A DNA stretch of 64,000 nucleotides from positions 3,336 through 67,335 of the forward strand of contig NZ_CAKUOF010000017.1 of NCBI RefSeq assembly GCF_934668725.1. The letters run 5' to 3'. Under the pieces are notes generated by a model that searched no databases, was not told the origin of the DNA, and saw only the letters and a list, made by a program, of their open reading frames with translations. Made by a program: the position numbers and the translations under genes. The DNA is from an uncultured Dysgonomonas sp. (GTDB taxonomy: Bacteria > Bacteroidota > Bacteroidia > Bacteroidales > Dysgonomonadaceae). Shown here piece after piece: positions 41,379 to 51,300 of the stretch. Every line of letters starts with the position of its first letter. Position 1 is the stretch's first letter.

Positions 41379-42425
41379 TTATTGTTCTTTTACTTCTTTT
41401 ATTGCTTCTAATTCAACAGCATCATAAGGTATAGCAGGCATACTTATTTTCTTTTCGTCCTGCTCACGACCTTCTAAAATAAGTTCATCAGCATCTATAT
41501 GCACCTTTTTCAAGGGACGTGTATAATTATTTATATTAAGTACAGATGGTTTCTCAAATTTACGGGGACCTTCAATCACCCAGTCTTCTGCATTTTTATG
41601 GTGGAAACGGCAATCGTTACAAATAAACTCATCTACTTCATGATATACATCTTTACGACCTGTAACCCGCTGTACTTTATCTCCAAACATCCAAAGGGTT
41701 ACTTTCCCCGAACATTTAGGGCAATCACGATGTGCATTGTAGGGCTTATTAAACCATACGCGAGATTCAAAACGGAAAGTTTTATCAGTTAACGCTCCTA
41801 CAGGGCAAACATCAATCATATTTCCAGAGAAATCATTATCGATAGCTTTAGATATATAAGTTGATATCTGAGCATGGTCACCACGTCCTACAACACCATG
41901 TACACGTTCTGGTGTAAGTTGATCCGCCAATTTTACGCAGCGGTAACAAAGCACACAACGATTCATGTGTAGTTGTATGTATGGACCAATATCCTCTGGC
42001 TCAAATGTTCTTCTTGGCTCTTTATAGCGGGTTTTGAAGTTCTTGTTTCCATAAGCTAGATTTTGCAAATCACATTCACCTGCCTGATCACACACTGGAC
42101 AATCTAGAGGATGATTAATCAACAAAAATTCGCTTACAGCTCTACGAGCTTCTAAAGCTTTAGGAGATGTAGCACTTTTCACTTCCATTCCATCCTGAAC
42201 TGCTGTGACACATGATGGTTGTAATTTAGGCATAGGGCGAGGATCTTTTTCGCTCCCCTTACTTATCTCTACTAAACAACAACGACATTTGCCACCACAA
42301 TCTTTCAGTTTAGAATAGTAACACATGGTAGGAGGAACACTAGGTCCACCAATAGCACGTGCTGCTTCCAACACAGTAGTACCGGCTTCTACCTCTATTG
42401 TATGTCCATCTATTGTAATTTTCAT
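41379..42425 (-). CDS. nuoG: NADH-quinone oxidoreductase subunit G, short form (2Fe-2S + 4Fe-4S N-terminal module only)
   Basis: 348 aa. N-terminal 2Fe-2S ferredoxin fold (CYYSKLKDCGGKCRCCLVE) and His/Cys cluster motifs (HPLDCPVCDQAGECDLQ, CVLCYRCV). It lacks the molybdopterin-like C-terminal domain of long NuoG. Confidence 0.75.
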   Translation of the reverse strand: MKITIDGHTIEVEAGTTVLEAARAIGGPSVPPTMCYYSKLKDCGGKCRCCLVEISKGSEKDPRPMPKLQPSCVTAVQDGMEVKSATSPKALEARRAVSEFLLINHPLDCPVCDQAGECDLQNLAYGNKNFKTRYKEPRRTFEPEDIGPYIQLHMNRCVLCYRCVKLADQLTPERVHGVVGRGDHAQISTYISKAIDNDFSGNMIDVCPVGALTDKTFRFESRVWFNKPYNAHRDCPKCSGKVTLWMFGDKVQRVTGRKDVYHEVDEFICNDCRFHHKNAEDWVIEGPRKFEKPSVLNINNYTRPLKKVHIDADELILEGREQDEKKISMPAIPYDAVELEAIKEVKEQ

Positions 42426-42431
42426 AGGTAC

Positions 42432-43790
42432 TTATAATGAGAGTAAATGTCTAACCTTTTCCATAGGTTCATTTACAAAGTGATTTCTATTTTTTACTTT
42501 CTCAGGGAAACGTACATGATATTCAAATTCTTCACGGAAGTGGCGAATTGCAGCAGCTACAGGCCATGCAGCAGCATCACCCAACGGACAAATCGTATTT
42601 CCTTCTATTTTGCTCTGAATATCCCACAGAAGATCAATATCCTCTTGGCGTCCATGACCATTTTCAATACGTTCAAGAATTTTTTCCATCCATCCAGTAC
42701 CTTCACGACATGGTGAACATTGTCCGCAACTTTCGTGATGATAAAAGCGTGAAAAATTCCAAGTATTACGTACTATACATGCTGAATCATTATAGACAAT
42801 AAACCCTCCTGATCCCATAGATGATCCAGTGGTAAAACCACCGTCAGCTAAAGACTCATAAGTCATTAAGCGGTCTTCTCCGTTTGCAGTCTTAAATATA
42901 TAATTAGCAGGAAGAATAGGTACTGACGAACCTCCGGGAATGAATGCTTTTAAAGGGCGGTCATCAATCATACCACCTAAGTATTCATCAGAATTCATAA
43001 ATTCGTCTACAGTCATACCCATTTCGATCTCATATACTCCCGGATTTTTGATGTGTCCCGAAGCCGAAATCAATTTAGTTCCTGTCGATTTCCCTAAACC
43101 TATCTTTGCGTATTCATCTCCTCCATTGTTCACAATCCACGATACTGCAGAAATAGACTCTACATTATTTACAACAGTAGGCTCTGCCCATAATCCACTT
43201 ACGGCGGGGAATGGAGGTTTGATACGAGGGTTACCTCTTTTTCCTTCTAATGATTCAATCAGAGCAGTTTCTTCTCCGCAAATATATGCCCCTGCACCAC
43301 AGTGTACATATAGATCAAGATTGTAACCTGTTCCCAATATATTTTTACCTAACCAACCATTGGCATAGGCTTCTTTTATAGCTTTTTCTAGAATCTTGAA
43401 TACCCACATATATTCACCACGAATGTAGATATATGACAGATTAGCTTCCAATGCAAAACTTGATATAATAGCTCCCTCAATCAATAAGTGAGGGATGTAC
43501 TCCATCAAGAAACGATCTTTAAAAGTTCCGGGTTCCGACTCATCGGCATTTACGACCAAGTGGCGTGGTTTACCGGATCTCTTATCTATAAAACTCCACT
43601 TAAGCCCCATAGGAAATCCTGCTCCACCACGTCCTCTGATACCCGAAGTTTTAACATGTTCTACGATTTCATCAGGAGTCATTGTTTTAATAGCCTTTTC
43701 TACAGCTCTGTATCCTCCGTTTTTGCGATAAACTTCGTAATCCTTTATTCCGGGAATATCTATGTTCTCAAATAATATCTTTCTAGCCAT
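42432..43790 (-). CDS. nuoF: NADH-quinone oxidoreductase subunit F (NADH/FMN-binding, 4Fe-4S)
   Basis: 452 aa with a GRGGAGFPMGLKW FMN/NADH motif and a C-terminal CGQCSPCREG cluster. Confidence 0.85.
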   Translation of the reverse strand: MARKILFENIDIPGIKDYEVYRKNGGYRAVEKAIKTMTPDEIVEHVKTSGIRGRGGAGFPMGLKWSFIDKRSGKPRHLVVNADESEPGTFKDRFLMEYIPHLLIEGAIISSFALEANLSYIYIRGEYMWVFKILEKAIKEAYANGWLGKNILGTGYNLDLYVHCGAGAYICGEETALIESLEGKRGNPRIKPPFPAVSGLWAEPTVVNNVESISAVSWIVNNGGDEYAKIGLGKSTGTKLISASGHIKNPGVYEIEMGMTVDEFMNSDEYLGGMIDDRPLKAFIPGGSSVPILPANYIFKTANGEDRLMTYESLADGGFTTGSSMGSGGFIVYNDSACIVRNTWNFSRFYHHESCGQCSPCREGTGWMEKILERIENGHGRQEDIDLLWDIQSKIEGNTICPLGDAAAWPVAAAIRHFREEFEYHVRFPEKVKNRNHFVNEPMEKVRHLLSL

Positions 43791-43796
43791 CGCAAA

Positions 43797-44321
43797 TCAA
43801 TCTAGTTTTATTTTACCTTGTTTACAGTCTTCAACTAACGCATCGAACTTTTCTTCGGTTAGATGCTCGTGATAAAAATCACCTAATTGAAGCATAGGCC
43901 CATAACCACAGGCCCCTAAACACTCTACACCTACAACGCTAAACATACCATCATCGGTGGTTTCCCCCTCTTTAATACCTAACTTATTGCAGGCATAATC
44001 CAGCATATCTTCGCCTCCACGTATACTACAGCAGGATGTACGGCAAAATTCAAATGTATATTTACCTCTTGGATGCTGATTAAACATCGTATAGAATGTT
44101 ACCACTTCATATACTTCAATCGGTGTTACCTCCAGTATTTCAGCAACCTTATTCATCAAAGGAACACTTAACCAGTTCTCATGAGCATCTTGCACAGCAT
44201 GGAGTACAGGCAGCATAGCTGATTTTTTCTTATCAGCCGGATAGTGACTGATTAACTCATTGATTCGAGTCATCAGCTCCTCTGTCATATTTATTTTTTG
44301 ATTGTATTCTCTTTTTTCCAT
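43797..44321 (-). CDS. nuoE: NADH-quinone oxidoreductase subunit E (2Fe-2S)
   Basis: 174 aa with a thioredoxin-like 2Fe-2S motif (CRTSCC...CLGACGYGP). Its start overlaps the nuoD stop. Confidence 0.8.
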   Translation of the reverse strand: MEKREYNQKINMTEELMTRINELISHYPADKKKSAMLPVLHAVQDAHENWLSVPLMNKVAEILEVTPIEVYEVVTFYTMFNQHPRGKYTFEFCRTSCCSIRGGEDMLDYACNKLGIKEGETTDDGMFSVVGVECLGACGYGPMLQLGDFYHEHLTEEKFDALVEDCKQGKIKLD

Positions 44322-45556
44322 TACGCGTCTAATTCTCCGGCAATAACATTTATACTTGACAATGTAGCCACTGCATCCGAAAGCATTCCTCCTTTAATCA
44401 TCTCAGGGAATGCCTGATAATATATAAAACAAGGTCTGCGGAAATGCAAACGATATGGAGTACGCGAACCATCTGTAATTAAATACATACCCAATTCGCC
44501 ATTGGCCCCCTCTACTGCGTGATACACTTCTGCTACCGGAACCGGAATTTCTCCCATTACAATTTTAAAGTGATTTATTAGAGCTTCCATACTTGTATAC
44601 ACTTCATCCTTAGGAGGAAGGTAATAATCAGGAACATCTGCATGATAATCTCCTTCGGGTAGGTTGTCTTTTGCTTGACGAATTATTTTCAAGCTTTCTT
44701 TGACCTCTGCACAACGTACACAGAAACGATCATAAGTATCACCCGATTGGCCAACCGGTACTATAAAATCGAAATCTTCATACGAACTATATGGTTTTGC
44801 TACACGCACATCATAATCAATACCGGTTGCCCTCAGATTTGGACCTGTAAAACCATAATTCATTGCCTTCTCAGCAGAGATAGACCCTACATTTACTGTA
44901 CGATCCATAAATATACGGTTTCTCAGATAAGCTCTTTCGAGTTCGTCCCAAGCTTTAGGAAATCCTTCAAGGAATTCGTCCAGTTTTCGCCATGCAGCTT
45001 CGCTCCAATCTCTTTCAAAACCACCAATGCGTCCCATGTTTGTTGTTAAACGACCTCCACAAATCTCCTCATAGATTTCGTAAACTAACTCACGGTATTT
45101 CATTACGTATAAAAAGGGCGAATATGCACCTAAATCGACTCCCAAAATACCATTACATATCAAGTGATCGGTAATACGTGCCAATTCCATAACTATGACA
45201 CGCATATATTGTGCCCGCTTAGGAACTTCTACCCCCAAAGCTTTCTCGACTGTCATCCACCAGCACATATTATTGATCGGTGCAGAACAGTAGTTCATAC
45301 GGTCTGTCAACGGGGTGATCTGATAGAATGCTCTATTTTCAGCAATTTTCTCAAAAGCTCTGTGTATATAGCCTACAGTAGTATCGGCATCTAAAATACG
45401 CTCGCCATCCATAAGCAGTATATTCTGGAATACACCATGCGTAGAAGGATGCGTAGGTCCGAAATTTAAAACCGATAGCTCGCGTCCATCTTCGGGAGTA
45501 TGCTCTCTCAAGATTTTCGCAAAGCGATGTTCAGGGTGTAATAATAGGTCTGACAT
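44321..45556 (-). CDS. nuoD: NADH-quinone oxidoreductase subunit D
   Basis: 411 aa, NiFe-hydrogenase large-subunit-like (49 kDa). A separate gene, not a nuoCD fusion. Confidence 0.85.
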   Translation of the reverse strand: MSDLLLHPEHRFAKILREHTPEDGRELSVLNFGPTHPSTHGVFQNILLMDGERILDADTTVGYIHRAFEKIAENRAFYQITPLTDRMNYCSAPINNMCWWMTVEKALGVEVPKRAQYMRVIVMELARITDHLICNGILGVDLGAYSPFLYVMKYRELVYEIYEEICGGRLTTNMGRIGGFERDWSEAAWRKLDEFLEGFPKAWDELERAYLRNRIFMDRTVNVGSISAEKAMNYGFTGPNLRATGIDYDVRVAKPYSSYEDFDFIVPVGQSGDTYDRFCVRCAEVKESLKIIRQAKDNLPEGDYHADVPDYYLPPKDEVYTSMEALINHFKIVMGEIPVPVAEVYHAVEGANGELGMYLITDGSRTPYRLHFRRPCFIYYQAFPEMIKGGMLSDAVATLSSINVIAGELDA

Positions 45557-45654
45557 TTTCAGTCTTTTACTTATATTATTTCTATTGCCATATCCGTTAA
45601 CTATAACATTCTTTAGTGTATGGCACTAACCAAAGAAAAGGAAGGTCTAAAACC

Positions 45655-46185
45655 TTATTTGGGTTGATAGTTATTAGTTGTTCTACCAAAAAAACGGTCG
45701 TCCTTGTCACTACGTCCCGAATCCTCCATTGGATATTCTTTACGCATCGGAAACGATGTCATACCATCATCATTCAAAATACGTTTTAGATTGGGATGGC
45801 CGACAAACTTAATACCATAGAAGTCATAAGTCTCTCTTTCCATCCAATTGGCCGCAGCAAAAATATCGGTTATAGTATCAACCTCGACCTTTTCACCATT
45901 CAAAAAAGTTTTCACTCTGACTCGTACGTTATCCATCCAGTTATGCAACAGATATACAACTACAAACTGAGATTCAATACCATTATCCGGATAATGCACA
46001 CCACAAAGATCAGTCAAGAAGTTGAAACGTAAAATTTCGTTCTCTTTCATAAAACGAATTACATCTTTAATTCTAGAGGGAGTGGCTTCGAATGTTAGAA
46101 TATCTTGTTCCATTCTGAAATTCAACACATCTGCTCCAAATCTTTCTATTATTTTATTTTGAATATCGATAGTTTCCAATGACAT
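45655..46185 (-). CDS. nuoC: NADH-quinone oxidoreductase subunit C
   Basis: 176 aa, 30-kDa subunit. Confidence 0.8.
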   Translation of the reverse strand: MSLETIDIQNKIIERFGADVLNFRMEQDILTFEATPSRIKDVIRFMKENEILRFNFLTDLCGVHYPDNGIESQFVVVYLLHNWMDNVRVRVKTFLNGEKVEVDTITDIFAAANWMERETYDFYGIKFVGHPNLKRILNDDGMTSFPMRKEYPMEDSGRSDKDDRFFGRTTNNYQPK

Positions 46186-46216
46186 TATTATCCTATGTTA
46201 TAACAGGTCTCCGACC

Positions 46217-46768
46217 TTATTCAAATTTATATGATTCTAAAAGCTCCTGATATTTTTCAGACCCTCTACGATGTACTGATTCGCTTTTCACAATTTCTTG
46301 TAACTGCATTACACCATCCAATATTTGCTCAGGACGAGGAGGACAACCTGGCACATATACGTCAACAGGTATAATTTTATCAATACCCTGTAAAACTGAA
46401 TATGTGTCAAAGATTCCGCCAGAAGAAGCACATGCTCCTACTGCAATAACCCATTTCGGTTCTGCCATTTGCTCATATACATGACGTAAAATGGGAGCCA
46501 TCTTTTTAGAAATAGTCCCCATCACTAACAACATATCGGCTTGACGTGGAGAGAAGCTGTTACGCTCGGCTCCGAAACGCCCCATATCATAAGTAGATGC
46601 CATAGTTGCCATAAATTCGATACCACAACATGATGTTGCAAACGGCAAAGGCCACATCGAGTTAGCCCGAGCCAAACCAATTACATAATCAAATTTGGTT
46701 GCAAAAAAACCATTCCCGGTATACCCATCCGGTGCAGGTACTATATTTATTTTAGTTGATTCACTCAT
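46217..46768 (-). CDS. nuoB: NADH-quinone oxidoreductase subunit B (4Fe-4S N2)
   Basis: 183 aa with CCGIEFMA...GACASSGG...CPPRPE motifs. Confidence 0.85.
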   Translation of the reverse strand: MSESTKINIVPAPDGYTGNGFFATKFDYVIGLARANSMWPLPFATSCCGIEFMATMASTYDMGRFGAERNSFSPRQADMLLVMGTISKKMAPILRHVYEQMAEPKWVIAVGACASSGGIFDTYSVLQGIDKIIPVDVYVPGCPPRPEQILDGVMQLQEIVKSESVHRRGSEKYQELLESYKFE

Positions 46769-46854
46769 GATTCATATTATTAAGTCAGAATAATAACTTT
46801 TGGATAATCTTACTTTAAGAAGCATTTACTCCAATTAAAGTAATATATCAAATC

Positions 46855-47223
46855 TTATTTTTCCCACTCCAAAGCTTTTCTTTTTACAATATAAAGATAT
46901 CCCACTAAAAGAAGAGCTATAAAGCCTCCCATCTTTAACAAACCAGCAAGACCTATTGTTTTAAAATTAACCGCCCAAGGATACATGAAAATAATTTCGA
47001 TATCGAAAAGGACAAAAAGAATAGCCACTAAGAAATATTTTACAGCAAAAGGTGTACGTGCATCACCTATTGAATCAATTCCACATTCAAAATTTTGATT
47101 CTTTTTAGATGATCGGTGCTTAGGGCCAAGGTAGTTTGACGCAAGTATTGTACCAAATACAAAAATAACAGAAAATGCCACTTGCATCAGGATCGGCACA
47201 AAATCATATAGATTCGATTCCAT
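46855..47223 (-). CDS. nuoA: NADH-quinone oxidoreductase subunit A
   Basis: 122 aa, 3 TM helices, ND3-like. Confidence 0.8.
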   Translation of the reverse strand: MESNLYDFVPILMQVAFSVIFVFGTILASNYLGPKHRSSKKNQNFECGIDSIGDARTPFAVKYFLVAILFVLFDIEIIFMYPWAVNFKTIGLAGLLKMGGFIALLLVGYLYIVKRKALEWEK

Positions 47224-47267
47224 AATTAGTTCTTTAGGATCTTAAAATGACAGATAGATACATTTCT

Positions 47268-47310
47268 CCTACAAATATAAACCTTTTCCTTTCAAATATC
47301 ATCTATTAGC
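47268..47310 (-). promoter_or_regulatory. candidate Bacteroidota-type promoter for the nuo operon (-7 TAnnTTTG and upstream TTTG)
   Basis: On the minus-strand sense, tatatttg (complement of 47272-47279) lies ~49 nt upstream of the nuoA ATG, and a TTTG lies ~20 nt further upstream. Assigned by pattern only. Confidence 0.25.
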
Positions 47311-47536
47311 TCATATATTTTATCAATATAACACACACTGGCACGCACAGAAAACAAAAAAACACCATTTTGATAAGCACACCTTACAAATAATGAAATT
47401 ATGTTTTTAAGAAGATTTATATTTGGATTGTGATAAATAATAAATATTATCTATTCGCTTAAAAAATGCGTATCTGATAAAAAAGTATATCCAAACAGCA
47501 TCTATTACATTAGAAATTATATCAAATTAAATAATA

Positions 47537-47590
47537 AAATATAGAGGTTACCTAATATATTGGTAACCTCTATATTTTATTATTTTCATT
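47537..47590 (-). terminator. rho-independent (symmetric) terminator downstream of the psp/flotillin operon
   Basis: 12-bp stem atagaggttacc (47541-47552) pairs with ggtaacctctat (47562-47573), with T/A-rich flanks on both sides. It lies immediately after the stop of the OMP gene at 47595. Confidence 0.7.
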
Positions 47591-47594
47591 TTTC

Positions 47595-48284
47595 TCAAAA
47601 AAAACGATATCCGATCGTAAAAAAGGCATTACGATTATGAATATCAACAGCTGCCTGAGAAATATTACTCAAGCCATATTCATATCCTAAATTAAATGTG
47701 AATAATTTAAATTCAGCACCAATTCCACCAATTAAACCGACCTCAAAACGCTTCAGTAAATCATCAGAAAAGGTATTATCCCTGTATTGCTCCGAAAAGT
47801 GCTTAAATTCACCTGAAGGTGAATTTAAAAATCCATCAAATCTGCTAGTCGTTTTTCCTCCAATACCATATGATAAATACCCCCCGACAGAAAAATTTAC
47901 CTTAAAGTCATCCGTTACCCCAACCTTATAACCCACCATCAAGGGCAATTGGAGGTATACCATATTCCAAGACGATTTTATAGTTCCATAATCGCCAAAA
48001 ATACCATCTCCATTGATATCTCCTTCTGTTATCAGATCTGATTTAAATCCTTTTGAATTTATTTCTAATCCAGAACGTAAGAAAAAATCTTTTTGAAGAT
48101 CGTATTCGGCAACAATCCCCAATTGATAACCAACTTTAGCATCAGTATCAATATATTCCATATCTACATTAGATAAGTTCATACCAACCTTGCCTCCGAG
48201 TGAAAATTTCGCCTCCTGAGAATACATATTAGCAACTAAAAGTAAACTAGTTACCGTTAGAAAAATCTTTTTGATAATGTTCAT
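47595..48284 (-). CDS. outer-membrane beta-barrel (OmpA/OmpW-like porin family) protein, last gene of the psp/flotillin operon
   Basis: Signal peptide (LLLVANMYSQ), amphipathic beta-strands, and a terminal aromatic residue (GYRFF). Begins 18 nt after the giant ATPase gene. Confidence 0.6.
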   Translation of the reverse strand: MNIIKKIFLTVTSLLLVANMYSQEAKFSLGGKVGMNLSNVDMEYIDTDAKVGYQLGIVAEYDLQKDFFLRSGLEINSKGFKSDLITEGDINGDGIFGDYGTIKSSWNMVYLQLPLMVGYKVGVTDDFKVNFSVGGYLSYGIGGKTTSRFDGFLNSPSGEFKHFSEQYRDNTFSDDLLKRFEVGLIGGIGAEFKLFTFNLGYEYGLSNISQAAVDIHNRNAFFTIGYRFF

Positions 48285-48302
48285 AGTATAACTGTTTAAG
48301 AT

Positions 48303-51300
48303 TTATAATTCAAGATTATTATTACCTGTGTATTTTAATACTTTCTTGATACCATCAAGATTATCATTAAACTGAGCCAGTTGAGCTATAACTTGCCCGA
48401 TTTCATTATCCTTACTTATTCCCGCTAATTTATTATTTTTATTAAACACTTCTTTAATGTGTTTCCATCTTTCGACTTCGGAAAAAGTAAGTTGCCCGGC
48501 AATTTCTTTCAACCTCAACAAATTCGCCTCACTGTCAGAAGTTAAGGTTTGTGCCTCGCTAATGTAATGAGATAGAATAAGCTCTTCAACCTCTTTCTGA
48601 TTCATTAGTGGAACAATTTGGCAAACCATTTTATTCATATTCCGATACGAACCTTGTAATTTAAAAGGAGGTTCTAGACGATAGGCATCTTGTGTGGCTG
48701 CACTTGATATATAATTTTGATTTACTTTCAGTACGATATCCCTTACCGTTAAGCTACTTTTGGCGACTGCGATGAAGTCATCGACATCTTGTTGTGTATA
48801 ATTACCTTCCAGATCGGGCATATCCTCACTCCTACTCTCGATATGTTCAATTAAATTATAAAAATCAGAGAAACTACGTCCGGCTATCTTTTGTAAATAC
48901 GGATTCTCTATCACTGCATTTTCAAGTAAACTTAACTTAAATAAATGATCAGATGTACCTATCACATCTCCTAGATTATATACATCTGCACGATTAGCTA
49001 ACATATCAGGGATCTGAAATTTATCGCCACTCTCGGTATAAGGATTACCCGCCATAATGACACAAAAACGCTTCCCTCTCAAATCATAAGTCTTACTTTC
49101 GCCTTCAAATATACCATCCATCTTACGCTGTCCATCAGCTAAAGATATAAACTTTTGTAAAAATTCTGAGCTGCAATGTTGTATATCGTCTAAATATAAC
49201 ATCACATTATCAGCCATTTCAAAGGCAAGGTTTATTTTCTTCAACTCCTCACGTGCCCCCGAGGTTTTCGCTTCTGCCGGATCAATAGATGTTATAGAAT
49301 GCCCAATGGTTGGTCCATTTATTTTCACAAAATTCAACCCCATCGTTTTAGCTAAATACTCCATAAGGGTAGTTTTTCCGTATCCGGGAGGAGAAACAAG
49401 CAACAACATTCCCATCCGCGAAGTACGCTTATTTTCGCCTGCCCCCCCTAGCTGTTTAGCAAGATTAGAACCGATCAAAGGTAGATATACTTCATTGATT
49501 AATTTATTTCTGACAAAAGAAGTCAAAACCTTAGGATTTAGCTCATGCACCTTTAATGTCTTTTTATAATCAGAGACCAATCTTTCTTTTAGCTCAGAAA
49601 AACGATTGTATGCAGGTACATTATCAAGAGTAAAAGATCTCATTTTTCTAATAAACTCATGATAATCTATCTCGTAATGACCATTCTCCATTATGGGATG
49701 GCTTCCTTTCAACTCATTAACATCTAAGATATCGGATGCAATCGTTAATGAATACGACTGGTTCTTCAACAACAACAGACAAGCTGTTTCCTCTACATAC
49801 TTATTATACAGAGAATAATCATCAGACAATTCGACAAAAGATTTTAGCCAGTTCTGAACTAAATAGAATCTGTCTACAGGATTAAATGATTCATTACGAA
49901 CATCTTCTTCAAAATTATTCGATAATTTATTTTTATCTAAATATTCGACAAAAAATTTCCTCAAATTTTCAGATTGCTCGCTATAGCTTAAGGACATCGA
50001 ATCTGAAAATTCTTCAAATAAATAATTGGCAACTTGCTTTTCGAAGCCGATAGGTACGGTAAAATATATATTCCACGATTTAAACAGACCTATAATCCGA
50101 TCTATCACATATTGATAATTTGTTGAGCCGGGGAACGCCTTCAACACTATGTTAGCCGAAGTTATTAGCTTTGACAGATGTTCTTTCTCCTCCGCTTTCA
50201 TCATATACCAGAAAAGTTGTGCTGCAACCCTCAAGCGGGGAGGGTAAGCCAAAACTCCTAACTGATAATGAACAGATTCCAAACAACGGAAAATATGTAT
50301 AGCATCATAATCGTGTACTCCTTTTAAATACGATTCTGAATAGCTTTGTTCCACTCTTTTAGCTATAAAATCATTCAGATCAAAATCTTTAGATTTCTGC
50401 CTCTCCAGAAATGCCAAATACGCCAAATACTCGGATCTATATACCTTCGAATTTTCGGAAACAATTTCTTGCTCCCACAAATCTTTATGTTTATAGATTT
50501 CGTTATCTTTCAGCTCATAATAGAAGCTGGTTCCGGTCAAATGATAGAAAAGCCTATCCTCTTTACGCACAACTGTCAAATCAAGCGATTGCCTGTTTAC
50601 TGCAAACTTATAACTGCCTAATGATATTATATTTTCGCCATCAACAAACAGCTCGTTTTTGTCTTTTAGTATACGCAGCGAATCTTCTAGGGAGGTCTTT
50701 AGGCTGTTTTCCAGATTTTCAGCCTTTGAGACATCTCCAAGCTCTTTCAATTCTTCAATCAGTTTGTGGATTTTGTCGATCATCAGATCTGTAGAAAAGA
50801 ATGCTTGTATTTCTTCTTTTGTTTTAAAAGATTGCGCTTTATTCTCTACATTCTTTAAAATGCGAAGACCGATTTGCTCCAATGCTGATGTTCGCTTATT
50901 TATCTGCTCAATCAATTGGGCTTTCTTCCCATCAAAAGCTTTTATCAGTTCATTCCTTTTATCTGAAATTTTAATAATAAACTCATCAAAATCGGCAAAC
51001 TTACTTTCCAATTCTTCAACCTGTACGCTTACTTTAGTAAAATATTCGTCACATTTTTCCGGAGAAGTAGCCAAGTCCAGAAAGTTGACAATACTTTGCT
51101 CCAACAAAGTTAATTGGGCACGAAAATCAGCCACCGATTCTTTGTTCTTCAACGAATCGATCTGTCTTTTGAGTTGTGCCCGAACTTCATTCAGTGAAGA
51201 AAATATGACAGATATCTTTTCCACAATACGGGTAGCCTGTGTAGTATCATCAATCTTTAGGCTATTCAGAATATCAATCAGGAGTTCCAGTTCTGACGAA

